A program made the position numbers and the translations under genes. Under the pieces are notes generated by a model. The model did no database searches. It saw only the letters and a program-made list of their open reading frames with translations, and had not been told where the DNA came from. From Folioceros fuciformis (lineage: Eukaryota), in NCBI GenBank assembly GCA_049999805.1, contig JBNGIO010005379.1, positions 1 to 64,000 of the forward strand: a stretch of 64,000 bases of DNA, given 5' to 3'. Below, in pieces: positions 12,022 through 24,549 of the stretch; position 1 is the stretch's first letter, and every line of letters starts with the position of its first letter.

Positions 12022-15000
12022 TCAAAATCCGAATTCCTCCTCAGCTTCCACTGCGAACTCCCCTGATTCTACCAACTCCTGAAGACCTCTTGCAACAGCT
12101 TCATCAATTTGGAGAAGCTCTCGGAGCCGAGATATCTTGGCTTCCGTCTCGGAGCTTTTCAGGAAGATGCAAAACAAGTCTGATAACTCCTCCCTCTGGG
12201 ACCACGACAACGGCTGCGACGGCACGGCCAAGTCACATGCTAGAAGGTTGTTCAGTGATGAAACCTGCACGTACGGACACAACATGAGCCAGCGTTTTGG
12301 GACATACTCATCCCAACCCGTGCCTCCACAACTATCTCCTTAAGGCCCTTCCGAAACCAAACCACAACACTCGCTGCTACTTACCACGCCGGCAGGATTC
12401 TTCTGCCGAAGCAAGGCCACGGCCTGAACCAGAGAGTTGGATAGCCTCTCTCGTGCGAGATCTTGCACAAGTTTCTTGGCGTTCTTCACATCCAAACCAA
12501 GTGCTGTTGGGATACTATCATATACATCTGCTTCAGAAAATTCGCCCTTGCCTGAAGAGAATATCCCATCCACGATCTTCTTGAACAGCTTCAGCCGCAC
12601 ATCTTTTGAGATTGTGGACTGAATGTCAAATCCAGCTTCTTTCAGCTCCTTCACTTCCTCCAAGCTCAATGTGCCCTGGTTGATAGCGGTCTCTATGGCC
12701 CCTGACATTCTCGTGGTTGTTATGCTCTGGATCACCTTCTGCGCAGCCTCTGCAGGCAATCCCAGCTGCTGCTGAAGCCCCTTAAGTTGCTCCATCCTTG
12801 CCTTTGAAAGCTGGCCATCTGCCAGTATTAGCTGCGCCTGTTTTCGGAATGCTTGCTCTGCCAGACCTTTGTGGATGTTTGCTACCTCAAGATTGCTCAG
12901 ACCCAAAATTCTTCCCAGTTGACCAAGCTTGAGAAACTCTGACTTGTCTTGCTGCACCACAATTTGAGTGCCCATAGGCATGCCAGTTGTCTCTCCGGTG
13001 AGGCAGTGTATCAAGAACCTTTGGTACAAGTCTGACCTCTCCCTAAACTCGAGCTCGTCTCGGAGAGTTATGGTCACTGGAGCTTCCACTTCTTTGTTAT
13101 CTGGTCTAGTCTTTCGCAATGTTTGAAGCTCCTCCAATTCATCCTCATCTTCACCCTCAGACTTCTTCTCCTGAACCACAGTCTCTTCCGTCTTCACAGG
13201 TGGCGGAACGTATGATTCCCCTTTGATGTCGGAAATCAGGTTGGCCACAACAAGGTTGTAGAAGCTTATCATTTTTCTCAATTCCCTTACTGCTTCGCTT
13301 CCGCTGCCAGCACTGCGGGACCTCTTGATGTATGTCACGAGGATTGCCTTCACCTGCACATACCCATGACACAAACAACACGGCTCCTTCATTGTTCACC
13401 TTTGGAAGCAAAACAGGAAGCTGCAGAGCTTTCACAGCAAGACACTCACCGCCTTGGTTGCAATAGACAACGCTGCATCCACACTTATTCGTAGACCAGT
13501 CACTGCATTTCGTACAGCTTCTTTCATGTCAGCATCATAACCATCCACGCCGGCACCAATCGCATCATCCACCACCTGCAAATTTCAGGGACTCAACATT
13601 TTGAGAATTGAGCCCAAGATTTCCCTGTAAAAGTCCAAGATATCTGGAATGTGAGACCAGCAGGAACGTGAGATTCTCACCTTGGCAAAAAGGCGGCCAC
13701 AAATGCTGGCATGTGCTTCATCCACCTTCTCCTGTGGAATGCACAACAAGACTCGTAACCGAAGAAGGGCAGCAACATCTGCGTCACTCAGCTTTCCACC
13801 AGCCACACATTGCTCAAGCTTTTGCCTGTATATGTCTGCAAGAACAACCCTGACGACAGTAAGATTCTTGCACTCAAGGCAATTCACACGACTGTAACAG
13901 CAAGGGTTTCATGGGGCAAGGCAAAACCTTCATGCACAGCTTGCGCTTTCAGGGGATCCAACTGGAGGGTGTCGCACAAATTCTGCAGATAAACTGCCTT
14001 GCTGGGTGCTGCATCCAAATCACCACCTTTGACAGCTTGTGACAGCTTCTGCCGATATACTTTGATAGTAACATCCTGTAAAATGTCGTCTGCTTGCCGG
14101 TTCCCCAGTCCAAAGACATTCTTCAGTTGATTCAGAGCCGATATCTGCAAGATGAAATGGACCAATTTTGACCAGTCACCCAACGTCACGTATGTAGCCT
14201 GACCACCGCAGAACACGTTGCAGTCAGGAAGAAGACAACCCACCTTGTGCTCTTCCAGTCGACCCGCTGAAAACGCATCAGTCAAATAGGTTGTGTAAAG
14301 CTGCTTTAGGTCATCCACATGCTTGTCGGAGTCATACTGTCCCCCTGATAACCATCATTTCCAGTCTGCAGAAATTAGAACAGACAGTAAGGAAGCTAAA
14401 AGAGGTTCTAACGGATGACAACACGATCTTCGAGTGACAGACGTACCTAGAAGGGAAGCGGGTCCCAGCCCAGGTAAGCTGGAAGGGCCCAATTTCTCAG
14501 CCAAGGCACTCAATGACGCATTGTAGTTCAGGACCTTGTCCAACTCAGCCGTTACCTTCGTCAAGTCTCTGCAGCCCAACAAGTTTTAGGTTCTACAGAG
14601 TGCATGCATGAACAAAATTAACCCAGAAAGTAAGCATAAAGGGCGGAGCATTGCTTCGGCCACGCACGTCACCAAGCTGACGCTGACACAGGACCAGGTC
14701 CGCATATGCGACATTTTCTTACTTGAGTCTTGAGGAGCGGGCTCTGGATGCTTGCAGTGCAGAAGTTACATACTCCTCGATCTGCTTACGTGCATGAGCC
14801 CTGAACAGGTCCGCTGTCACCTGAAAGTGACATGAGGAGTTTCAGTCACTGCGAAGACAGAACTGGCAGCCCTGAAATTTGAGTGTCACGTTTCAATTCA
14901 ACTTACCTCGTCAGTGAGCTTGAATCTGAGTTGGGCTTCCCGCAAGTTCACGATGCCTTGACTCTGGATATCTATTGAAGACATAAGAGTGTAAGAGCAA

Positions 15001-16586
15001 GAAGTAGAGAAATACAGGATCCCCCGAGGGGCTACTTGATTGGCGCATCCAAACAGGGACATACCACTAGAGATGGAATCCAGCTTGGCAAGGAAGAGCC
15101 GTTGGGCATTATCCCGTACTGCCACGTCCACCTGTTTGGTGTACAAAACAGGTGAGAGAAGGTTCAGAGGAGGCGCATGAAAATAACCGATGCACTAAGA
15201 GGCAGGATAACGCAAGATGCGATACCTGGGCATCAGTTATTTTGAAGACTCGCTTCCATGGTAGCAAGAATTTAGACGCCTCCCCAAACACAAGGGTCGA
15301 GACATACACCAGCTTTTGGAAGGCCTGCAGAGAAAGCAATGCAAAGCCAGGCCAAGCAGGAATTTCAGCATAAGAGAAGGTAAGAAAAGAAGCAGGAGAG
15401 CGAGTGAGTGTTGGGACATCCAGCCTACCCTACCCTGCGTTCTTCAACTGCCGCTTCTCGGTCTCCAGTCTCCAGGCGTTGGCGAAACAGGCGCCTGCCG
15501 ACCTGAAAAGGAAGGGAGGAGACTCGCTCAAGCTTGGCAAGCGTAGGAGTTATTAGAGCGATAAGACAGAAGACGGTGTAGTAATGGCAGCACACCTCAA
15601 TATGCACGGACGCTGCGTCAGGATCCTCCAATCCCAGAGCATTTTTGAAATCAACAATTTGGTCTGCCTCATCTCCCTTGAGCTCCTCGTTTCCTGGAGG
15701 GATGATTCCAGTAACAAATCTGCGACAAGTGGACAGACAGTAGTGTGGTCGTGGCGTCAGAGGAGAGTGGATGTGCAATGCAGGAGGAAGTGGGAAGGGG
15801 GCCGTGAAGTGTACCGGTCATAGAGGGTCCTAAGCTCAGCAGCGATGGCCTCGTCTTGCCTGCTCACTCCAAACCTGAGTGTGGCAAACGCAAAAGAGAG
15901 ATATATGGTTAGCAGACAACACGAAAAAGGATGGATGGAGAAGGGAAGGAACGAGAGCAAAAGCCGAGCGCGCACTTGAGGAGGACGGAATCAACATGAT
16001 CTCTGGTGAGCGCCTCGGGGTCGCCCAAATTGACCAACGCGTTGTGCAAATGGGTGGCAGCAACACGCGGAGCTGCCGCATTGAGCGCGAAGGCGATGGC
16101 CCCGCCAGCAGTTCCCAGCGCCACGGCGCCTCCCACGGCTGCAGCGGGAGTGCCATTGCCCGCTCGGGCCCCGACAGCATAGCCGGCGGCCAGGGCGGCC
16201 GCCACGATCACAGCGCAGGTGGTGTAGCGTGCCGAGGCGGGTAGGTCGCCCAGGAACTTGTGCGGGCCTGAGAGAGGCAGCTCAGACCCGAACATGCTCC
16301 TGCTGCTGCTGCTTGCCGCTTCATCCGCTGCGGCTGCTTGGCAGGAGATGGTCCGGCGGCCGACCCTGCTGCTGCTGGTCAGCCTCCTGCTGCTGCTGGT
16401 CAGCCTCCTGCTGCTCTTGGTCAGAATCCTGCTGCTGCTGGGTCGCAGCCAACATAGCGAAGACGTGGAGCTGGTTGCGGGAAGCAGGGTGGGGAGGGGT
16501 GGGCTGCCGCGGGGACAGGGGCAGGGGCAGAGGCAGCAGGGCCCGCTGCTGCTGCTGCCTGACACTGCCACCGCCAGCCGCAACAT
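12022..16586 (-). CDS. TIC110: Chloroplast inner-envelope translocon component TIC110, multi-exon
   Basis: Ser/Arg-rich transit peptide, two N-terminal TM helices, then PPGNEELKGDEADQIVDFKNALGLEDPDAASVHIE, RLETGDRE, AFQKLVYVSTLVFGEASKFLLPWKRVFK, LAEQAFRKQAQLILADGQLSKAR; ends AEEEFGF*. Confidence 0.95.
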
Positions 16587-17125
16587 GTTGTTGCTGCTGA
16601 TGCCCGGAACCTGTTGCTGGCCGACCCACCGCTCCCTGCCTGCCTGCCTCCCTGTTGCTGCTCTATCTGCTTCTGATGATACGAATCTGCCACCATGAGA
16701 CGAATCACGACGCTAATCCGCCACCCAACAGCACAACCACAAGCATCGTTGCAGCTCTATCCTCTTCGTGCAGAAAGCCCGCCCGTCTTTGCGTACATAT
16801 CTAGACTACACGGACGGACATGACGACACGATTATACATGACCGCATTTATATATGTACGCATTTTGAGGCCATGCCAGGAAACCGGATAAACTGTGTAC
16901 ATACACTACGTACATCATACATACATATATACTCCTAAAGGCGAAGGACGGGGTGCTGTCTGTGTGTGCAAGGACAGACTTGTAATTGCATCTGAAGGCT
17001 GGGAGGCTCCACGCTTGCTGTTGCAAGCAAGGAGCAGGGAAAGAGGCAACAGTGCGTTCTGGTAGACATGACACGATTTTCGAACAGTAAGTCAAACGAG
17101 AACGTTGCAACGCCATGGCCTTGCG

Positions 17126-18496
17126 ATGCTCTCATTTTCCATGCTTACAGACGAGAAGGTATGGGGGTGGCTGGCTTTGGCAGAGGCTATTCTGCAGGAG
17201 GTTGCGAGAGGCACTGCAATCTTCGAGCTTGTTGCCGACGGTGAGGAGTGCCAGCAGCAGCAGCAGCAAAAGGGAGGAGGAGCAAGGGCACTGCTGTCGC
17301 TGCTGCTGTCTCCATTTGTGGGCAGTCCTGATACGACATCGGAACCTCTTCCACATTCCTTGTGCTTCGCCAAAATTAGCACAAGAGGAGGAGCATTGCC
17401 AGCCAGGTAAGGGACATGGCATGTCATGGGCCCATCGTTGCTGCGGCGGCTGCTGCGGACTGAAACAAATCTGCTGCGAATGCTGTTTACAGGTCCACGA
17501 CGTCACAGGCAATCAAGAAGGTGGAGCACTACACGGTGCACAGGGTTGTGGGAGATGGCCGCTGCATGTTTCGAGCCCTGGTGAGTCCTGTGCAGTGCAG
17601 TTCAATGTGGCAATGGAATCACATCGTGGAGAACGTTGTCCAAGGCTGCGTCTGTCGTGTGGCGGCCAGGTCCTGGGCATGGCTGCTAACAAGGGCCTAC
17701 GACTGGACGACGTCGAGGAAACGCAGGAAGCAGGTCAGGTCCGTGACAGATCCTTCCTCCCTTGCTTGGGGGTTCTCGTGCATGGAATTCATGCTCGATC
17801 CAGAATTTGAAGCCGCTCTTGCTGCTCTCCTCAGATCAACTTCGATTGGCCGTCATGGATGCGCTCTGCAGGAGCGATAAGCGCAGGCGCTTGTACGAGG
17901 AAGCTCTGATAGCCATCACAGTGGAAGAGTCTCTGAAGCGGTATGCAATTTTTGTCGTGCCGTTGCTTCCGCACTTCTAAACCCTAAACCCTACTCGGAC
18001 CGTGCTCTTGTGGTGGGCAGATATTGCCAGAGGATACCCAGCCCAAATTTTTGGGGAGGCGAGTCGGAGCTCCTGGTACCGATATCCATCTCGCATTCCC
18101 GTGGGGAATAACCTACTATATCGTTACTCAAGGCTTGCTTGCTTGCCGCTGCTTTTCAGCTGATGACGGAGGGATTGGGATGTTTTCTGGCCGCCTGCCT
18201 TTCCACCTACAGGTACTTTCAAGAATGTGCTCACAGCCCATAGTGGTGTACATTCCAGAGTCCGAGGTAAGCATCGCAGCATCCGCTGTATCCAGCAGCT
18301 CTCAAGTTTTCCTCAAGTGCGCTCACGAGTCTTTCCTTATCACTTTCAGGCCAAGGAGGGTGCTAAGTGGGGAACTGGATTCATCCCCATAGCTGAGTAC
18401 GGAAGTGAGTTCACCAAACCGTCCAAGGACAGGAAGGGCCGTAAACCAGTCAGGCTTCTCTATAATGGCAGCAACCACTACGACCTTCTCATTTAA
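17126..18496 (+). CDS. OTU-domain deubiquitinase (OTU3-like), multi-exon; start codon approximate
   Basis: Cys box VHRVVGDGRCMFRAL, LYEEALIAITVEESLKRYC, FWGGESELLV, QPIVVYIPE, GFIPIAEYG, His box VRLLYNGSNHYDLLI*. Confidence 0.9.
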
Positions 18497-18699
18497 AGGC
18501 CCAGGTTCATCATGTACTAGTCTGCAAACAAGCTGAACTGAGAGGGTTTAATCCTCACTAATCGGTAATCTTTAATCTTGACCGGCACTGAGACGGAGGG
18601 TTCTACTCATTAAAGTCTACAGATCATCCATGTAAGCTGAAAATTTGAAATGGAATACAATGATGCGACATTCCTGCTACCCAAAATGGTCAGCGCGTC

Positions 18700-19918
18700 G
18701 CCAGTGTTTCTGAATTGCAACCGGCTGCTGTGACAGTCATTGCACATGCAAAGGTTCTTGGTGACCAACAACGTCGTGCCATCGGGAGTGTTGACAANNN
18801 NNNNNNNACACGTCCACCAGGCTATTCGCGACCAGCAAATCAGCTTGGAGCCCCCTCCTGATGATGTCGGCATGCAAATCTTGTGCCGGAAGCAAAGAGT
18901 CTGGCCCGATGCTGGCACAGGCTCTCAGAAGGCATGCAAAGGTAACCCTGTCCGGTGGACCGACATCCAGCTCGCGCATGGCCGCGTACAGAGACAGAGC
19001 CTCTGGACCCATACCCTGCGCCGCATAGCCATTGATGATGGCAGTCCATGTCACCACATCTGTGGTGGACAAGGCATCGAAAACCCCGCGGGCCTCGTGC
19101 AAGCTCCCGCATTTGGCGTACATGTGCACCAGGCTGTTACCCACGAACACATCGTCTTGCACAACAGTAGCCGCTGCCCGAATATGAGCATGCACCTCCT
19201 TGCCTGCATCCAGGTCCCCTGCAGACGCACAAGCTTTGAGCACTGCCATGAAGACATGGCTGTCCGGCTGCAACCCTGACTCTCGCATCTGTCGATACAG
19301 GGTGATGGCCTGCAAAGGCCGGCCGTGTCGGGCATGAGCCAAGATGATAGAGCACCACATGTGGGCATTCGGGGCAGCGGCGTGGGTAAACACGTGGACT
19401 GCATCCTCCAGTGCGCCATGAGAAGCATACATGGAGATGAACTGATTGGCCAGGAAAGCGTCAGAACCATAGCCACTGCAGAGGGCAAGGCCATGGACGC
19501 GCCTGGCACAACCTAGATCCCTGTGTGCCATGCACCTCCTGAGGAGACGGTAGAGATTGGTGAGGGTGACATGAAACCCTCGCTGCACCAGGACATCCAA
19601 TGAGTCCACAGCGTCTGCTAGCGGAGCCGCCTCGTCCCATTTCCATTGCTCGCTCGGAGTGCGCTGCTGAGTATCCCAGCACGCTGTGAGCCGTGACGAC
19701 TCCTTCTGCTTGGCGCTGCTGTGCCTCAAGACAAGATGGCGGAGACGTTTCTTTTTCGGCCTCGGCCTTGAAACTTGATGAGTACGGGAGAAGCTGGCTG
19801 GGCCATGTAGCTCGCCCTGTGGACAGATGCAGATGTAGGTGCAGCTGCAAGTGCAAGTGCAAGTGCGGAGCACAAATCCATGGCCCACGAGGTGATTCCC
19901 CACCACCATCCCTGGCAT
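18700..19918 (-). CDS. PLS-class PPR gene broken by a 10-N gap, followed by a DYW:KP fragment (incomplete assembly or pseudogene)
   Basis: PPR motifs (NSLVHMYAKCGSL, DVVTWTAIINGY) run to the gap at 18798-18807; beyond it, in another frame, NTPDGTTLLVTKNLCMCNDCHSS, after which similarity stops. Confidence 0.75.
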
Positions 19919-20614
19919 CGATGCCGACTACCCTTGCTCCCATCCTGGTCTCATAGAAGCTTGTCTGGAGCACCAAATCCGGTGGCACACAAGGTTCGGT
20001 AAACCCTGCCTGCTCCAAAGACCCTACCATCGGTGAAGAAGATTGAATGGATGACTCCATTTAATGTAGCTTTGAGTATATCCAGAACCCCAGACTCCAG
20101 ACGGGAGTTTAACCCTACACTACCAGTAACCTTCCCTCCCTCCCTTCCTTCCTTTAGTTCACACAACGTGATTTGATTCTAAAGCTAGCTAGCAACAAGA
20201 CGATGATGAGCAGACTTTATTTTAAAAAACTAGAAATAGAAAAAAAAAACAAGAGAAACCGGCTGGATTCGGAGACATTGATGGCCTGGCAGCTGCGGGA
20301 GGATCGAGTTGGCGGATCTACTCCGCAACGCTCGATGCTCTCTCGACTCTTCCCCTTCTTTGCTGCCGCTTTGGGCCGACTGCGATGCTTCTTTTTGTTG
20401 TGAAACGCGTTTTCTGGGGACCAGCCTGTGCACGGGCTTGAGATTAAGCTACCATTCAGTCGTGAAATTCATGTTCTCTACTGAGACGTCTCAAGTACGG
20501 TTTCCGGTAACGCAGAGGAAACTTTAGCTAGAAGGACTAAAGTGAGCGTCATGTGTGGGTTTACCGTCCGACAGAGTCGTGGCGAGTACAGCCACGAGGA
20601 TATCATGTATGTGA

Positions 20615-20910
20615 CTCACCTCAGGAGGTGCGTGGCATACCAAGGATCTAGGCTCGCCCATGTGGATGACGCTTTCTTGACCAAACCGATATCGGTGGCC
20701 AATCTCCTGAGGACATGAGCTTTTCGTGGCAGACTGGAGGATGCAGGACTCCAGGTGCCTACATGGTGCTCTTCCCTCCCTTTCCGCTCCTGTCCAACAC
20801 GGCCAGCCGTTCCGCCAAGGCCGTGTGCCCAGACGGACGGATGCTCAAAAAAAACTGGACAGGCATGTCATTATGGCAGTGCTCAAAGAGTGTGTGCAGC
20901 ATCTGCAGGC
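20615..20910 (+). pseudogene. Degraded, inverted relic of a PPR N-terminal region
   Basis: ctcaggaggtgcgtggcataccaaggatctaggct resembles the minus-strand ctcaggaggtgcatggcacacagggatctaggtt at ~19510-19543; frameshifted remnants GRLEDA, QHGQP and DRHVIMAVLKEC follow. Confidence 0.65.
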
Positions 20911-21153
20911 AACCCATGTCCAATCCATGAAATCAACGAGAGCTAAGGCTTACAACGGGACCGGAGTCCCAAACGGTACCAAACGAAACCCGGGGGCCAA
21001 GTCACCTCACGTGACGGCTAGGCTTCACAACAGGGCCCCAATAAAAATTGGCGAGCCAATTCAAATCCAATCTACAACAAAAAGCTAGAAGCTAGGACAA
21101 GATTTCGTTTCAGCGAATTCAAGAGCTTCCTCTCTCCCCTAGCCTATCTACTT

Positions 21154-21785
21154 CTACTTTTGAAGATGCGGGAAACACTGGCCCAAGCCATGCTTGGGAT
21201 GTTTTGCCTCGGCGTGCTCTTTGCATTTGGCTTCACTGGTTGTACACATGAATGTCTGCATACAGACCTTGCACTGCGAAGAAGAAACACCACGAAACAT
21301 TTCAACAAAAAACTCGCGCGACTAAGGGAGGGAGGGAGGGGATGGAATGAAAACAAGAACCGCATGACTGAAAACGAGGAGATCATACTTGAATTGTCAT
21401 GGCCTGTTTGTTGCTCTCCAGCTGGCTCCCTGTTGCAGTGCTACAGAAATAAGCCGAGGAATCGTTTTTCAAGGCAGGATGATGCTACAAACATGGCACA
21501 ATTTAATAATACAAACCACCACACGGCGGGGCAGCAACAATCTGTCCCCTGCGGTCCCATCCCATCCCATCCCCTCCCCTTCCCTCCCCTCCCACGCAGC
21601 CCCGCTTGCCCGTGCCACAGAGATTTCAACAATACTCCTGGCTAGGGCCTGGTACCAGGCCAGAGCCACAAACAAAGGTGCAGAGGCAGATGCGACGGGA
21701 TTGGCTAACCTTTTCCAGCGCCCTTCAACTTCTCGGCATTCCTTTCGCGGGCCATTTTGGCCTTCTGGCCATTGCCACCTCCCAT
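21154..21785 (-). CDS. Small 4F5/C2H2 zinc-finger protein (At2g23090/ZNF706-like), 3 exons, ~78 aa
   Basis: Manual splicing gives MGGGNGQKAKMARERNAEKLKGAGK / GSQLESNKQAMTIQ / CKVCMQTFMCTTSEAKCKEHAEAKHPKHGLGQCFPHLQK*, with GT-AG introns. Absent from the ORF track. Confidence 0.92.
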
Positions 21786-22057
21786 AGTCGCCTCTACTGT
21801 GGCCGCCTAGAACCAACGCGCCGATACGACGAGACGACGCCTCGCAGCTGCTCGCTACGGCTTCGAATGTTCGGGCTCCTGCTGCCTTCCAAAGATTTCC
21901 AGCCAACACCACCAGCAGCAACACCCTCCTTCGCCAACAGGGCAGCGACGAATCCTGAGATGAGGAGAGGCCGGGAGGCAGCAAGAGGATGAACAAGGAG
22001 GGAAAATATGTAACACCAAAAACTCAGTAAGCCAAGCCAACACAGGCATCAATACTG

Positions 22058-22067
22058 GAAACCCTAA
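22058..22067. promoter_or_regulatory. Telo-box (AAACCCTA) upstream of the zinc-finger gene
   Basis: gaaaccctaa about 270 bp upstream of the ATG at 21785. The motif is common in plant 5' regions; function here is untested. Confidence 0.4.
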
Positions 22068-24549
22068 CTAGGCCGAAGATAACGATATGATCCCGTTGTT
22101 CCGGTGCATTTATACTCCTGTCCTGCACCCCGTCATTAATGGCCAAGGGTAGAAAAATGGGATAAAGAAGCAAAAAAGCTCCTCCAGCTTGGCTGCCACG
22201 GTGCGAGGAGAGGCCACCCGGGCCGACGGCTGCAAGCCGTTTGGACTCCTTGGGGGGTGGCCCTGGTCCCTGGGGGACTGAAGTGGACTGGACTCATTCA
22301 TCATCCCATTTATATCAAGGGCCTCAAGTGGTGGTCGTTAAATAACAATATTGCCCATATAGTGGCTAACTGATTGATGTCGGTGCGATTATACAAAGAC
22401 AGCGTTCCGTATAAAGATACATTCTGGTTAAGCCTGGGTCCAATATTCTCAGGAGATGCTGCCACTAAGGCTCCTTACTCCCCCGGGGTGCCGTCCAGTG
22501 CCATCGTCACGGCCCCTAGTAGCATGATAGATACCATCTCCAGGAGCTTCGCCTTCCCGGCCTGCTAGCATCATCGTCACTGCCGGGGCCGAGGCTGGGG
22601 CCGGTGCCGGCAGGAGCGCAGAATCACACCGCAGGCGGAGGCGGAGGCGGAGGCGGAGGCTCCGGCGCAGGACTCCGGCGGTGGCCGTGGCCCTCACCAT
22701 GCCTGCTAAAGGGGAATAGAATCCTGTGTATGTTGACCGAGGGCCCGCAGCATGCAGCCAACCCCTGACCGCAAACTGGTGGTCCTCCTTCCATGTCTTG
22801 TTGCTCTCTCTCATTGCTTGCCCGCCGTCGCCGTGGAATGAATGGTGGCATTGTCAAGTATAGTACGAAACAGTGCCCGAGATCACAGCTCTGTGGTCGG
22901 TGAACAAAAGTGTCGAAAGCATGACAGAGGCCATCGCTGTCAGGGTTGGAACTTGGCACGACTGCTCCAGCAGGCCTGCCTGGAGCTGCAACTGGGGGCC
23001 CTGCACGGGTGCACATGGCGAGAGGGAGACGAGGGACCGTCATGATGGATACTGCGCTGCGCATGAACGGACAACGAGAAGGCAGGGAAGAAGCAAAGGG
23101 GAAAGTTGTTGCTTGCAAGTTGCGTCCACGCATGGAGCAGCACATGAAATCCTGCACGCCTTCACCCATTTTTAGGGCCAGATTATGAACCCTGCACGGG
23201 ACGGGTGACATCCTCTGTACCTATCTTTTTCACCCTCCTCACCCTCCCTGAGATTCACCTCCTTCAATCGTCGGGGCATGCTGAAAGCATGCTTTGGACA
23301 TTCACACTGGCTACTGTATACAGATGGCTTCAAAGAGTTACTGTGCTCTCTGCACACGGGTGCACGCAGAATGATACATACGTGCACCTCCCTCCCTTCT
23401 GGTGGTAACCTTGCCAAGTCTGCTAGCCACATCCACCAGTGTCTCAACGGCCAGCCATGCATCACACACGGTTGCAGCTTCTCCAGTACCAACCCGCCGC
23501 TCTACCTGGGACTGCTGTGTCGGCTCATGAAGTTCTAGTACGTGCTAACTTGGTCCATGCTTTTATTTGTGGGCGAGTACCTGCTACTCCTTGTCGTCGT
23601 GTCAGAAGATTGGCGATCTAAGACGTCACTGGAGAATCTTCTACAAAGCCGTGATGGCAAACACGTATCTCGCCCTGTCGGATGTCTTACAAACTTTACC
23701 CTTCTCGGGACACGAAGCCCCCTCTCGGGTGGGATCCGCCATTCTGAATTCATGAAAACGCTCCATTAAGGCCATATGCTTTTCAGCAGCTGAGACAAAT
23801 TGTTGTCACAAGCAAGACACGAGAGATGTCACTGCTTCCTGCGGCATCTCTAAACCCGAGGAGTGCCCGAGCACCATCGGCCAACAACATTTGCCACTCA
23901 ATCCCATCGTTGCTTCGTCAACCCGGCCGGTCACAATACTGTGTGCCACCAAGCACCTGTGAAGCTGCCGCATTCTGCGTGCACGTCCCTCTTGGCACAG
24001 ATACCAGGAAGAATCTGCGGTGCATCTAATAGGCATGATCAGATGAAGACAAGAGCATACAGAGCACCTCGGTTCGTACCACTAAATTTGAACCAGAGAA
24101 GACAGCCACAACGCGTCTTGTTGCCGTATACAGAAAAAGCTGGCAGCGACCTCATATCGTCCGTCGCAGGTGATCCATATGGCGACAAATCCCTCAAGTT
24201 CACTGGCGGAGCTTGAACCATCACAGACCCGTCAATCTCCACTCAGTTTCGATGGACCAACAAGACCAATGTTGAACGGCATTTGAGGCTCCCCTCGTAA
24301 GTGTGCAGACAGACACGCTGATACCGCGCCATTCCGCCGCTCTGACAGCAAATTCTCGGGGTACAAGTATGCGCCACCGCATTTCCCTCTAGATGCACAG
24401 TTAAATCGTTCAACAGTGATGCACCTCCCCTGTCCCTATTTCCACATTCTGATAATGCGGAAAATCACACGACACGAGTAGGGCCCTGCACATAAACAGC
24501 ACACAGACACGAGAGGGGAAGCACCGGGACGTTACAAGTGTAAACTTCA

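Noticed and set aside
17978-17993. taaaccctaaacccta as an interstitial telomere
   Set aside because: Only two units inside an intron; such telo-box-like motifs are common in plant genes.
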